64,000 bases of DNA, taken from the sequence record OQ411014.1, one strand, 5' to 3'. Both the position numbers and the translations under genes were made by a program. The notes below the pieces were generated by a model. It saw only the letters and a program-made list of their open reading frames with translations. It was not told the origin of the DNA and did not search any database. Numbering within the stretch: the stretch's first letter is position 1; each line of letters begins with the position of its first letter. Positions 28,711 to 38,258 of the stretch are shown in pieces.

Positions 28711-28905
28711 ATGAAATTTTTTGAACGTATCGTCGCATCAATCAAAGCATATCTTGGTAACAACAACACAGGCCCAGGTGAGCTAGAGTGCTGGCGTGAT
28801 TGGGATAAACGTATGGATAGTATTGTTCCAGCGGCACATCCTAAGACGTATGACCGTTACGACCCGAAGTACAATCTTCATGAAAAAATTGAAAAAGATT
28901 CATAA
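28711..28905 (+). CDS. small hypothetical protein
   Basis: AGGA RBS. Confidence 0.65.
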   Translation: MKFFERIVASIKAYLGNNNTGPGELECWRDWDKRMDSIVPAAHPKTYDRYDPKYNLHEKIEKDS

Positions 28906-28909
28906 AAAA

Positions 28910-28939
28910 ATGAGACAAACTGGAAAATTGTGATATAAT
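28910..28939 (+). promoter_or_regulatory. class II promoter ATGAGA-18-TATAAT
   Basis: Shared architecture; followed by a two-hairpin leader (acatc/gatgt, gcgttcaa/ttgaacgc). Confidence 0.75.
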
Positions 28940-29036
28940 ATAATTATCCAAACATCGTCGGATGTAAAACGAAAAACTCACAGCGTTCAATCATTTGAAC
29001 GCAATTCTATAGAAAAGTAATAAAAGGATTTATAAA

Positions 29037-29258
29037 ATGGCTAACGAACTAAACCAAACCGCAGTAATCGCTGACATTTCCGATGTAGAACGTACCATGA
29101 ACTACATTCAATTCCAACTAAGTCAAGCAGATGCTGAATTGGCTACCTTTGCTGGTACAGATGCTAAGAAAATCTGTTATGTTCACCTACTTGCTTGGAA
29201 GCAAGAGCTACAAACTGAACTACATGAACTACGCAAAGCTCTAAAGCGTAAAGCATAA
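29037..29258 (+). CDS. small helical protein in its own transcription unit
   Basis: AAGGA RBS; promoter upstream, terminator downstream. Confidence 0.75.
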   Translation: MANELNQTAVIADISDVERTMNYIQFQLSQADAELATFAGTDAKKICYVHLLAWKQELQTELHELRKALKRKA

Positions 29259-29268
29259 GTTCATAATG

Positions 29269-29295
29269 AATGCCATCCACATGGGTGGCATTTTT
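29269..29295 (+). terminator. terminator
   Basis: aatgcca/tggcatt plus T-tract. Confidence 0.75.
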
Positions 29296-29319
29296 AAACT
29301 TACCTATTTGGAGATTATA

Positions 29320-29568
29320 ATGAAACAAGGCGATTTGGAGCAACAAGTCAAACATCTACACAAACGTATTGAGCAGATGAAAGCCCAACGTACAGAAGCG
29401 TGGAGTAAATGGCAAGAACTACAAAACGTACAAGCAACTCGTGAAATTCAAAAAGAAATTTCTTCTCTTTCTGGATTGATTTGTTCTCTGAACTATAGTA
29501 TTATGGGTACTCAGAAGACGTACAAAGAAGCGTGTTCCGAATTGATTTCATTCATCACTAAAGGGTAA
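29320..29568 (+). CDS. coiled-coil hypothetical protein
   Basis: GGAG RBS before ATG 29320. Confidence 0.65.
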   Translation: MKQGDLEQQVKHLHKRIEQMKAQRTEAWSKWQELQNVQATREIQKEISSLSGLICSLNYSIMGTQKTYKEACSELISFITKG

Positions 29569-29573
29569 TAACA

Positions 29574-30101
29574 ATGTCAATTGAAATGATTTTTCTGTTC
29601 TCATGTTTAGCTTTCCTGGGTGCGTTCATTGTACTGCTAACTATCAGTACTGCGGTAATTGGTTCTAACAAAGCACTTCGTTTGCAATACATGATGAGTG
29701 CTCTGAAGAAAGATAAGAACGTTACTGATATCGTTGAGCATATCTTAGCTAAAGAAGAAGTAGGTCTTCTTGAAGTTTCACTATCTGGTAATCGCTTACG
29801 TTTTTATGAAGTAGGTGAAGTTCCAAATGATGGTCTTTCCTGGAGCAACCGTAACTCACATAGTGTTTCTATTTGGATTGGTAATCGTTATTCTAACTAT
29901 GGTTATATCGAGAAGTACTATTCCGAAGATGATTCACAGTTCGACGGTAAGTGTCCAGCATATAAGACTTGGTTGAAACTGATTGCACTTGAACAAAGGA
30001 TTGCAAACAAAGAAACTGGTATCAATACCGACAAGACCAAAGCTAAGAAAGAAACTACTTACAAAGCTGAAAAGAACAAAGTAACAGAAATCGAATTATA
30101 A
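29574..30101 (+). CDS. membrane-anchored protein
   Basis: N-terminal TM; AAGGG RBS. Confidence 0.7.
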   Translation: MSIEMIFLFSCLAFLGAFIVLLTISTAVIGSNKALRLQYMMSALKKDKNVTDIVEHILAKEEVGLLEVSLSGNRLRFYEVGEVPNDGLSWSNRNSHSVSIWIGNRYSNYGYIEKYYSEDDSQFDGKCPAYKTWLKLIALEQRIANKETGINTDKTKAKKETTYKAEKNKVTEIEL

Positions 30102-30103
30102 TC

Positions 30104-30127
30104 AAAAGGGGTCTTGTGCCCCTTTTT
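30104..30127 (+). terminator. terminator
   Basis: aaaagggg/cccctttt. Confidence 0.7.
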
Positions 30128-30138
30128 CGTGTAAGGAA

Positions 30139-30444
30139 ATGAATATGAGTATTCACCAAACTATTGTTGATAAACTCCAAGAAGTTCTCGATGAAGTTCA
30201 AGAACTTCCTGCTGGATATCAGTACAAGATTCGTGAGTTATGTTCTTGTATTGAAACTGTTGTTAGCATGTATGAAGATGTTCAGAAGGGTATCATCCCT
30301 GAAGTTTTCAAAAAGAATACGGCACAGCATGTAGATGCAGCAGAACATGAAGTTCAGGATGAACCACAGCCTGTTCAAGAAGTAAAAGAAGAAGTAAAGC
30401 CCATAAAGAATGATGTGTTGAATATCCCTAACATCGAGCTATAA
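30139..30444 (+). CDS. hypothetical protein
   Basis: AAGGA RBS. Confidence 0.65.
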   Translation: MNMSIHQTIVDKLQEVLDEVQELPAGYQYKIRELCSCIETVVSMYEDVQKGIIPEVFKKNTAQHVDAAEHEVQDEPQPVQEVKEEVKPIKNDVLNIPNIEL

Positions 30445-30446
30445 TT

Positions 30447-30947
30447 ATGATAAACCCAAAGGTACTCAAAACTATAAAAGACGAATTGACAGTACTGCAA
30501 AGTACTATCCCAATGACTCGTAATAGTGGTGTACACAATTCAACAAAGAAGACTACCGTATTCATACCCATTGATGGTGTTAGTGGTGAAGATATAAATC
30601 TCACAGTGAACACGTATCATAATGGAGAGACATTCTTTGATGGTAAGTGTAGTAACATTCATATACTCGTTGTGGGTAGAAATGATGATGTTGATGCAGC
30701 GGGGAATCGATATTCTTCATTTTTCGAGATTGACATATATCGAGATAGATTGTTCATGCCTGGAATGAATGGTGAAGGATCTATCGATTTCAGTATGTTC
30801 TCTGACGATTATGAAATTAGTGAAAAAGAATTGTTTGAATTTTTCCTAGTTACTGATACAATGGGTTTACCAGATGACCTCATGTTGACTATCATCGAAG
30901 TTACACGAGTATTACAAGATACTGATACGTTTTCACCCATATTCTAA
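30447..30947 (+). CDS. family A protein
   Basis: ISEKELFEFFLVTD. Confidence 0.65.
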   Translation: MINPKVLKTIKDELTVLQSTIPMTRNSGVHNSTKKTTVFIPIDGVSGEDINLTVNTYHNGETFFDGKCSNIHILVVGRNDDVDAAGNRYSSFFEIDIYRDRLFMPGMNGEGSIDFSMFSDDYEISEKELFEFFLVTDTMGLPDDLMLTIIEVTRVLQDTDTFSPIF

Positions 30948-30956
30948 GGAACAACA

Positions 30957-31229
30957 ATGCAAAATTTAGATGGCTTCAAACCTTTCTTCACTTTCTATGA
31001 CTTTGGTATTCGCAAAGAAGATGCTAAAGGTTTCTTACAATTTGGTGCTACTGTAGCAGGTTCCCCAAACAGTGGATATCATGTGTTCATTGCAGCACTA
31101 GGGAAACGTTCTAAAGTACTGGCAGACTTGGAACTCTTCCATAAGCTACATGTTGCGTTAGAAGATAATCAAGAGTTTTATGATTTGTGTGTTCAAATTG
31201 TAACAGAAAATCCAGAACGTAATAAATAA
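30957..31229 (+). CDS. hypothetical protein
   Basis: AAGGA RBS. Confidence 0.7.
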   Translation: MQNLDGFKPFFTFYDFGIRKEDAKGFLQFGATVAGSPNSGYHVFIAALGKRSKVLADLELFHKLHVALEDNQEFYDLCVQIVTENPERNK

Positions 31230-31438
31230 TAATACCAAAAGAAGAATAACATAATTATATCCCTCCCCTACCTATGGGATTTGGTGTACTAGTACTGCAA
31301 TAGTACTGTACATCCCGTTGGTAGACAACTTGTGTATCTCCTGCACATATAAACATCCGCAAACTGTCCAGCTTTATGCTGGACTTTTTGTTTTTATGCT
31401 GTTATAATTTAAGTATTAACAACCATAAAGAGATAATC

Positions 31439-31828
31439 ATGAAAGCTGAACTATATGATTTATTGTTACAATCATTGAAGACTGAATTTGTATTTGACTT
31501 CAAGAACCCAACTGGCTCAATTGTATTCACGAACAAGATCGTTTATGCCAAAGCTGAAGGCGGGGCATCTGTAATCTACGTACCGTATGAAGGTCAATCA
31601 TTTTATGTGTGTATCTATCCTGACACAACAGATTACGTTACAGTAATGTACATGTCAGGTGATGATTTTGAAGAAAAAGAGGGCAGTACTGAATCTTTTG
31701 GTACATTCAAAATGATCAGTACTGAAGAAGAGTTCTTCATGAAGAGTACTATCAACGATATGAATCATTCTTTTGAATTGATCAGTACTCTTCATGAACT
31801 CCAGAAAGAACTTGACCAGTATTTGTAA
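31439..31828 (+). CDS. family A protein
   Basis: STEEEFFMKSTIND; start at 31439. Confidence 0.75.
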   Translation: MKAELYDLLLQSLKTEFVFDFKNPTGSIVFTNKIVYAKAEGGASVIYVPYEGQSFYVCIYPDTTDYVTVMYMSGDDFEEKEGSTESFGTFKMISTEEEFFMKSTINDMNHSFELISTLHELQKELDQYL

Positions 31829-31834
31829 GGACAG

Positions 31835-32170
31835 ATGATGTTAGAACTACTAGAAACAATCCTGTACGCAGCTAGAGCAGAACGATATGATAAACTCGAT
31901 GCACTAGCACCTAAAGTGTTTTATGGTCGAGAAGGTGATGCGATATTGTCCTTTACTATCATGACAGAAGAAAACTTTTCTATCATGATTAGGGCAACAC
32001 ACGTCATTGACTGTCGTTGTAAAAACTGGTCTGACGCAACATTGAAGTACGGTTACAAGGAAGATGAATTCTTCTTAGAATCACTCAAGCGTGAAATACA
32101 TTTTTCCTATGAAGAATATCTACTTGCACAAAAAATTTCAGAAGTTCTAAAAAGACTCGCATATAAATGA
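31835..32170 (+). CDS. family A protein
   Basis: YKEDEFFLESLKRE. Confidence 0.7.
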   Translation: MMLELLETILYAARAERYDKLDALAPKVFYGREGDAILSFTIMTEENFSIMIRATHVIDCRCKNWSDATLKYGYKEDEFFLESLKREIHFSYEEYLLAQKISEVLKRLAYK

Positions 32171-32196
32171 GAAATTTAGGATAAATGTGATATAAT
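32167..32196 (+). promoter_or_regulatory. class II promoter ATGAGA-18-TATAAT
   Basis: Shared architecture. Confidence 0.75.
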
Positions 32197-32204
32197 ATAA
32201 TTAT

Positions 32205-32312
32205 TAGGGACATTCGTCCCAACCGCCCTCACTGAAGCATGGTCAGACTCAGTGAGCACACTACGGGTGCTCTGACTGGTAAATGGAGGCTACCATAGAT
32301 GTAGCCTCCAAT
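32205..32312 (+). ncRNA. candidate ~105 nt pseudoknotted small RNA
   Basis: Own promoter; GC-rich; stems gggac/gtccc, ctcactga/tcagtgag, loop ggtcaga pairing with tctgact, final ggaggctac/gtagcctcc. Confidence 0.6.
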
Positions 32313-32338
32313 TTATCCTTAAACAAAAGGAGAGCAAA

Positions 32339-32785
32339 ATGAAATTCAACAAAATTCAGTTAGTGTTTGAAAACTGTGAAACTTTAGTTATTAATGCATC
32401 TGATATTGTTACATTGAAGACTTCACCAGCCCAAACTTCTTATCACAAGAACTACGGTAACAGTATCATTGAAGAACATGAAATCAAACACATCTTCCTG
32501 GCAGTGAAGAATGGCACTAAGGCTGATCCTGATTCTGTGTCATGGGACGATGACAGTACTGTGCGATTCCGTAATGACGTTACGAACATTACCTTCATTA
32601 GTGATAATGAAAGTAAAAACTACGTAGTTCGTTGGGAAGAGAGTAATACTAATAATTACTCATCTGCGTATCAGCGTTGCACAACCACTCTAGATGGTCA
32701 TCAAGTCTGGATCAACTCATCTGATGTTATTATGGATTTGCAAATTTCTGACGTTGATGAGTTAGCATCGTTTATGAATATCTAA
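32339..32785 (+). CDS. hypothetical phage protein
   Basis: AGGAG RBS. Confidence 0.75.
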   Translation: MKFNKIQLVFENCETLVINASDIVTLKTSPAQTSYHKNYGNSIIEEHEIKHIFLAVKNGTKADPDSVSWDDDSTVRFRNDVTNITFISDNESKNYVVRWEESNTNNYSSAYQRCTTTLDGHQVWINSSDVIMDLQISDVDELASFMNI

Positions 32786-32794
32786 GGAAATCAA

Positions 32795-33157
32795 ATGACA
32801 AAGCACCGTACATTACATAATGCAATAAAACATGTTCATACTAATATCAGTACTATCATGTCTAACCAGCCATATATATGCGGTGCTTTGGAATTCACAT
32901 CTCTAGGACACCAAACTGTCCACGCATACGAACTCTTCTGGAACACCCACAGAGCCATTACTATTGATATGTATGAGAATCACATGGCCTTCAAATCATG
33001 GAACGTTGATACGTACCGATGGATGGATGTGTGCAAGATAAGTTATGACATCACCAGGGAAGAGTTCGATCAGTTGTTGTTCGTTCATGACTTACGTACT
33101 TTGGAGTTCAAATCATTCAAGTACCTAAAGCTCATCAAAGAACACATTTTCAGTTGA
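32795..33157 (+). CDS. divergent family A protein
   Basis: ITREEFDQLLFVHD. Confidence 0.6.
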   Translation: MTKHRTLHNAIKHVHTNISTIMSNQPYICGALEFTSLGHQTVHAYELFWNTHRAITIDMYENHMAFKSWNVDTYRWMDVCKISYDITREEFDQLLFVHDLRTLEFKSFKYLKLIKEHIFS

Positions 33158-33181
33158 CAATGATTTGTTATGATGTATAAT
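33154..33181 (+). promoter_or_regulatory. sigma70 promoter TTGACA-16-TATAAT
   Basis: Consensus hexamers with TG extension. Confidence 0.75.
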
Positions 33182-33210
33182 ACTAACAAATAACACAGAG
33201 GATTGAAAAC

Positions 33211-33639
33211 ATGTCATTAGAAGCTAAAGTACATTTCAAAGATACGTGGATTGACTTAACCACCAATACAGTACTGAACAATGAATTCAGTACACAAACT
33301 CTTTCTGCTGATACAGTAGAAGAACTAACCAAAGATGTTAAGCAACTCATCTCATCACGTGTTGGCTCTGACGTATACAACGCTCAACGCCATATTACTG
33401 AATTGTTAGGTGTAGATGGTATTGAATACCAGATGCAGTACAAAATGAGCAAAGAAGAGATGTTTGACTTCATTTTGACTAACAATGTAGAAATCACACG
33501 AGATGGTGCTGTTTGGACTAAAACTGACGGTCGTAAAGTTCGTGTGAAATATTCTGTCAAGATCAATGATTTGAACTTAGCTGGATATGATTTAGAAGAA
33601 GCTATTCAGTACTATCACGATACGAGAGGTTCACGATGA
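33211..33639 (+). CDS. hypothetical protein
   Basis: GAGG RBS. Confidence 0.7.
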   Translation: MSLEAKVHFKDTWIDLTTNTVLNNEFSTQTLSADTVEELTKDVKQLISSRVGSDVYNAQRHITELLGVDGIEYQMQYKMSKEEMFDFILTNNVEITRDGAVWTKTDGRKVRVKYSVKINDLNLAGYDLEEAIQYYHDTRGSR

Positions 33640-34028
33640 TTGTAGTTGCAGTATTACTTGGATTTGCTATAATGGCTATAACGTTACGTCTTAACGGTTA
33701 CTACAGAGACGAACGATTTCGCATTGAGCGAGAGAAAGAACGTGACTTGCACAAAGAAATATATAAAGCACATGAGCCAGTAAAATCACCATATGAAGTT
33801 CGATTGTCTTTGAGTAAGGACAAGAAGTTGGGTTATGCAGTGTATGACCACAGTGTGGGGCATTTTGCGAACTCAAATGGTGTTTTTATGTGGTTTCCTG
33901 ATTCGAAAAGTGCTATGATATTTCAAACAACACTGGAAGTGATTGGTTCATATCCACTAACGTACAAAGAATATCTAGATGTAATTCTTCCTGAAGTACT
34001 AAACCAAGAGAAAACTGAGGAAAAATAA
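33636..34028 (+). CDS. membrane-anchored protein, tandem paralog of 34029-34379
   Basis: N-terminal TM; LGYAVYD...FAN. Confidence 0.7.
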   Translation: MIVVAVLLGFAIMAITLRLNGYYRDERFRIEREKERDLHKEIYKAHEPVKSPYEVRLSLSKDKKLGYAVYDHSVGHFANSNGVFMWFPDSKSAMIFQTTLEVIGSYPLTYKEYLDVILPEVLNQEKTEEK

Positions 34029-34379
34029 ATGTTAGCTGCAATCATCTGTACTGTTATCTTTTCTGCAACGTATTATATTTGCCAGAAGAAACGTACTGAA
34101 GCGTTTGAAACAGCACAAGCTAATCAACTAGAACTTGAGCGTTCTATGTTGATACAGGAGTCCAATGAGGGTAAAGAAGATTCCCCATTCCTCATTAAAC
34201 GTGTAGAATGTAATGGTCGCTGGGGTTATGCAATTTGGGATAAACGTATTTCTGATTATGCTAACATCTCTGACCAAAAGATTGAATTCTTCAGGACATT
34301 GGCTGCGGTTTATTGTATTATGAACGAAATAGAAACTTTTGAGAACTTTAAAGTTACTAAACCTATGCATACATTATAA
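34029..34379 (+). CDS. membrane-anchored protein, tandem paralog of 33636-34028
   Basis: N-terminal TM; WGYAIWD...YAN. Confidence 0.7.
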   Translation: MLAAIICTVIFSATYYICQKKRTEAFETAQANQLELERSMLIQESNEGKEDSPFLIKRVECNGRWGYAIWDKRISDYANISDQKIEFFRTLAAVYCIMNEIETFENFKVTKPMHTL

Positions 34380-34540
34380 GGAGATATAAGATGATTACTG
34401 TACAACTAAATGGTGTAGAACTAGAACTATCTGTCAAGGATGCAGAGAAACTAGTAGAAGAACTGAACTTCAAAATCAACGAGTACTATTACAGTACTAC
34501 TAACGTTCCTGACTCGGAAATCCTATACCGCGAGTAAATC

Positions 34541-34942
34541 ATGCAAGAAGAAGATATTGTCGATATACTGAAGGGTGTAGTCAAAGAAATCAGAGATAAT
34601 GGTGAATGCAAACAATGTAGGTTCACCATCAATGATGGTAATGGTTCTGATGGCTCATTTCTTATGCAGTTTGAGAATATGACACTTACCATTTACCCGA
34701 CTTCAGTTATAACAAATCAGTTCGAAACAAATTCAGTGAATTACTTTCGGCGGCATCCAAACGATACAGAAGAACAGTACTTCGCTAGAATGCTAACAGG
34801 CACTGAGAGTATAATTTCTCCCAGTACTGAATTAGTACTACAAAGATTCTTTTTCGTTGTCATTACATTCATTCGTGATGGTCTATCCATGTTTCACGAT
34901 ACAGTCTGGACTGGCAATGCATACTACGATGACCAATTATAA
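34541..34942 (+). CDS. family A protein
   Basis: DTEEQYFARMLT. Confidence 0.7.
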   Translation: MQEEDIVDILKGVVKEIRDNGECKQCRFTINDGNGSDGSFLMQFENMTLTIYPTSVITNQFETNSVNYFRRHPNDTEEQYFARMLTGTESIISPSTELVLQRFFFVVITFIRDGLSMFHDTVWTGNAYYDDQL

Positions 34943-34956
34943 GTTAGGAGATATAT

Positions 34957-35754
34957 ATGATTTTTGATAAAGTTAGTTTTCCTGCACATGCCTTCACTCA
35001 TGCGATTGTAGAAGACACAACTCTGTACGTGTACCTTAGTACTGGTAAGTGTATTGATATTGAATACGATAGCAATGACGCAGCAGAATACGCACTACTA
35101 CGCATTGATGCAGCCGTTTCACAATCCAATCCAGCACAAGAAGTTGTGTACGATGTGAAAGGTAAGATCACTGACATTGTGGGTTCTCTGAAAGAAAAAG
35201 TACTAGACGTTGCTAAAGATAAGGTCAAGAAAACTGCTCAAGAGAAAATCCAAGACACCATTGAAGAACGTGCACAGAAAATGTACGATGACCTACAGAA
35301 TGCACTAACTAACACCAAAGGTGTAGTTCAGAAGGTAGATGATATTTTCAGTACTATCTTTAGTGTTGGTGCACCCACTGAAGAAGAAAAACCTAAAGCA
35401 AAACCAGAAGTGAAACCTTCCCAACCTAAGAAGAAAACATACAAGCATTTTGGTGAAGATTTTTACAGTACTGTAAAAGTAACTGACCAACCGCGTGATC
35501 TAGACGGTCATCAACTACTCAATACTAAAGTATCTGATTTGACCCTGGATGAACTACGTACTGCTGTTGGTTTTGGTATTGATGATGCAATTTCTAACAA
35601 TCCAAATGTTAGTGAAAGTATCAAGATGATTGTGAAAACATTTGGTGCACAAGAAACTGAAGAAGCAATGACTTATCTAAAAGACCTGATTGTGGATTAT
35701 GCACAATCACAACCGAACGCAACCGTTCGACAAGCAATCGCTAAATTCTTGTAA
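34957..35754 (+). CDS. hypothetical protein
   Basis: AGGAG RBS; 265 aa. Confidence 0.75.
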   Translation: MIFDKVSFPAHAFTHAIVEDTTLYVYLSTGKCIDIEYDSNDAAEYALLRIDAAVSQSNPAQEVVYDVKGKITDIVGSLKEKVLDVAKDKVKKTAQEKIQDTIEERAQKMYDDLQNALTNTKGVVQKVDDIFSTIFSVGAPTEEEKPKAKPEVKPSQPKKKTYKHFGEDFYSTVKVTDQPRDLDGHQLLNTKVSDLTLDELRTAVGFGIDDAISNNPNVSESIKMIVKTFGAQETEEAMTYLKDLIVDYAQSQPNATVRQAIAKFL

Positions 35755-35755
35755 T

Positions 35756-35788
35756 AAAAAAGGCTCCTATAAAGGAGCCTTTTGTTTT
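35756..35788. terminator. bidirectional terminator
   Basis: A-tract, aggctcct/aggagcct, T-tract between convergent genes. Confidence 0.85.
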
Positions 35789-36929
35789 AATCTTTTCCAG
35801 CAATTACGATAGAACCAGCAAACCCATCGAGGGCTGTTAGTACTATATCATCTGCGTCATTAACCTGAACCTGAACAGTACAAACTGATGTACCATCATA
35901 TACAGTATATGACATATTGGATTTACCATGTTGTGCTTTGGTAATAGAAGCACTTGAGGAACCATCACCATTTGGTGTCCATGATAGAGCAGAACGGAAT
36001 GGAACACTTTGAGATGTTTTACCAATAATAACAACAACAGCGGCAGACGCAGCACTTTGTGTAACAGTAATGTTACCACTTGCATCTACGTCTACAGTAC
36101 TGAATTGTACTGCGTCATCTTGAGGTTCATGTAACTGAACAACCAGGTCCGCACCACGTCCGTGAATGATAGCAGGAACAGTAGCTTTGTACTGACCATC
36201 TGATTGTATTGCAAAATCAGCAGGAGCAATGTTGATTGAAGTTACATAGTCAGAATCAGCACCATCTGCATATACAGGGAATTGTACTTGAATTTCATTG
36301 TAATTCGGTGAAGTAATTGTTATAGTAGCTGTACCAGTTTGGGAGATAACCACTGGAGAAATACTGAATGTTCCATCTGGATTAACAGTACCTTCATATT
36401 CAGAACCATCTGGTAGAACAATTTTAACAACCATATCAGTAACGTCTAGAGCACCCGAACTAGAGGTGATAGCACCACTAATTTCAGTATCATTAACGTG
36501 AACTGGATTGATTACGATGTTGTCAATATCTGGTAGAGGGATAGTACATGTAGGTGTGTACATATCATAAAGCGTTTTACCAGTACTGAGAATTATTTTG
36601 TTCAATAGGAAACGAATGACGAAACCTTCCTTGGTCTTTTGATCATTGTAACCCCTTACAAAGAAGGTATTGCGTGGAATCTTAGCCAAGATTTGATCGT
36701 TATTTTCTAGATAATCCAGAACTCTACCCTCGGTGTCATAACCAGTGAGTAGTACTTTTTGATAAATTGTGTTTGTCGCAGGATCAATAAGGTCGAACAT
36801 TACATCAGAACGTTGTTTGTATATACGTAACATCTTTTTCTTTGTAAAGTCTCGCAGATATGCCCCATCAACTACAAATCCACAAACCCCATAAGGATAA
36901 TCCCCAACCCCAGCTATCGGTTTAGCCAT
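35787..36929 (-). CDS. putative virion protein with Ig-like/beta-sandwich domains
   Basis: GGAG RBS before ATG 36929; PVHVNDTEISG...GTVNPDGTFSI resembles bacterial Ig-like repeats; two similar C-terminal H.K/G repeats. Confidence 0.6.
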   Translation of the reverse strand: MAKPIAGVGDYPYGVCGFVVDGAYLRDFTKKKMLRIYKQRSDVMFDLIDPATNTIYQKVLLTGYDTEGRVLDYLENNDQILAKIPRNTFFVRGYNDQKTKEGFVIRFLLNKIILSTGKTLYDMYTPTCTIPLPDIDNIVINPVHVNDTEISGAITSSSGALDVTDMVVKIVLPDGSEYEGTVNPDGTFSISPVVISQTGTATITITSPNYNEIQVQFPVYADGADSDYVTSINIAPADFAIQSDGQYKATVPAIIHGRGADLVVQLHEPQDDAVQFSTVDVDASGNITVTQSAASAAVVVIIGKTSQSVPFRSALSWTPNGDGSSSASITKAQHGKSNMSYTVYDGTSVCTVQVQVNDADDIVLTALDGFAGSIVIAGKD

Positions 36930-37049
36930 AGATAAACTCCTTTTTTTGTTTTTCATTATGAACGTATTTACCCCTTGACATGTGATTATGCTTGTATTAT
37001 GATACATGCATTGATTGACGCACATGTAATAAAGAACATTAAATGTGTG

Positions 37050-37078
37050 TTGACAGTACTGAATGACTGCTCTATAAT
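37050..37078 (+). promoter_or_regulatory. sigma70 promoter TTGACA-17-TATAAT
   Basis: Perfect consensus; AGTACT overlaps -35. Confidence 0.85.
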
Positions 37079-37123
37079 ACTTACATCAACTACGAACTTA
37101 AAGAAACCATAAGGAATACTAAA

Positions 37124-37702
37124 ATGACTACTCGCTTAAAAATCGTTGACAACAAAATGTCCATCAGCCTGTTCAAAGACGAAGCTGATTCTTACATGGC
37201 TAAAGCAATGGCTAAATCACAGCGTTATAACAACATGCTGAATGGTCGTAAAGCTCCTTACGGTCAGAACCACCCACACAGCCACTACGTTGGTATGGTT
37301 GCTGAACACGCTACTTTAGTACTGATGGAAGAAATCGAACAGCTTCTGAACATTGATATGAAAATCGATGCAGTGTTCCTGGACGACAAGCGTGACAAAG
37401 AATGTGATATCGTTGTGAATGGTCTGCGTATTGAAGTAAAATGCATCAAGTACGGTTCATGGGTAAAATTCGGCCCTTGCATTACTGCCGCTCAACGTAA
37501 GAACATTGAACGCAAAGCTGATGTAGTACTGTGGGCTGTATACAACGAACGTAAACAATCCTTTACGTTTGAAGGTTTCAACCGTGTAGAAGACATTGCT
37601 AACATCCCAACTGAAATGACTGGTGTCCAAGGTCGTGAGAAGATCGAAAACCATCCAGTAATGAGTATCATCAAACCTTTACAGGAGATGCAATTTTGCT
37701 AA
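37124..37702 (+). CDS. PD-(D/E)XK nuclease-like protein
   Basis: GMVAE helix, CDIVVNGLRIEVKC (D..EVK), ADVVLWA. Confidence 0.6.
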   Translation: MTTRLKIVDNKMSISLFKDEADSYMAKAMAKSQRYNNMLNGRKAPYGQNHPHSHYVGMVAEHATLVLMEEIEQLLNIDMKIDAVFLDDKRDKECDIVVNGLRIEVKCIKYGSWVKFGPCITAAQRKNIERKADVVLWAVYNERKQSFTFEGFNRVEDIANIPTEMTGVQGREKIENHPVMSIIKPLQEMQFC

Positions 37703-37905
37703 AATATTTCTTACACTTCGAAGATGATGATGAGTTTATTGTGGTACGTGAATTTACATTACCACATAAACCACAGAAAGGTGATTTCATTACAATTGGA
37801 ACTGAATACCATTCAGTACAATATGTAGTTCAAGAAGTCGATACGTTCCTTGATATTGAAAGTGCAGCGTATAGTGTGAATGTTCATTTGGAAAAACGAA
37901 AATAA
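37696..37905 (+). CDS. small hypothetical protein
   Basis: GGAG RBS, TTG start. Confidence 0.6.
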   Translation: MLKYFLHFEDDDEFIVVREFTLPHKPQKGDFITIGTEYHSVQYVVQEVDTFLDIESAAYSVNVHLEKRK

Positions 37906-38252
37906 TGAAAATTGTATCAGTACTGGCTGGGTTGATTTTATGTAGTACTCAAGTATTGGCTAGTACAGTCGATACTGATGTGAATTATAAGAAAGAGTAC
38001 AAGACTGGTATTGCATCTGACCCATCATATTGTATTGGTTATGCGGATGCAAAGATGTTCCAGACAGGGAATCAGCAGTACTACGAATGGATGAAACAAT
38101 GGTACGAGGATCAAACTAGTAATACTGATTTGGTCATGAAGCCATTCAATCATCGTTCGTACGTTAACGGTACTGAAATGAATAATAACGATTTGACCGT
38201 TGAATGTGTAATGGAATTTGATTTCATTATCACTGACGAGGTACAACAGTGA
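37905..38252 (+). CDS. putative exported protein
   Basis: Signal peptide MKIVSVLAGLILCSTQVLA; Cys pair. Confidence 0.65.
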   Translation: MKIVSVLAGLILCSTQVLASTVDTDVNYKKEYKTGIASDPSYCIGYADAKMFQTGNQQYYEWMKQWYEDQTSNTDLVMKPFNHRSYVNGTEMNNNDLTVECVMEFDFIITDEVQQ

Positions 38253-38258
38253 GGCTCT

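Noticed and set aside
32205-32312. HDV-like, hammerhead or pistol ribozyme
   Set aside because: No P3/L3 between the pseudoknot strands, no CUGANGA/GAAA core, and pistol consensus not matched by eye.
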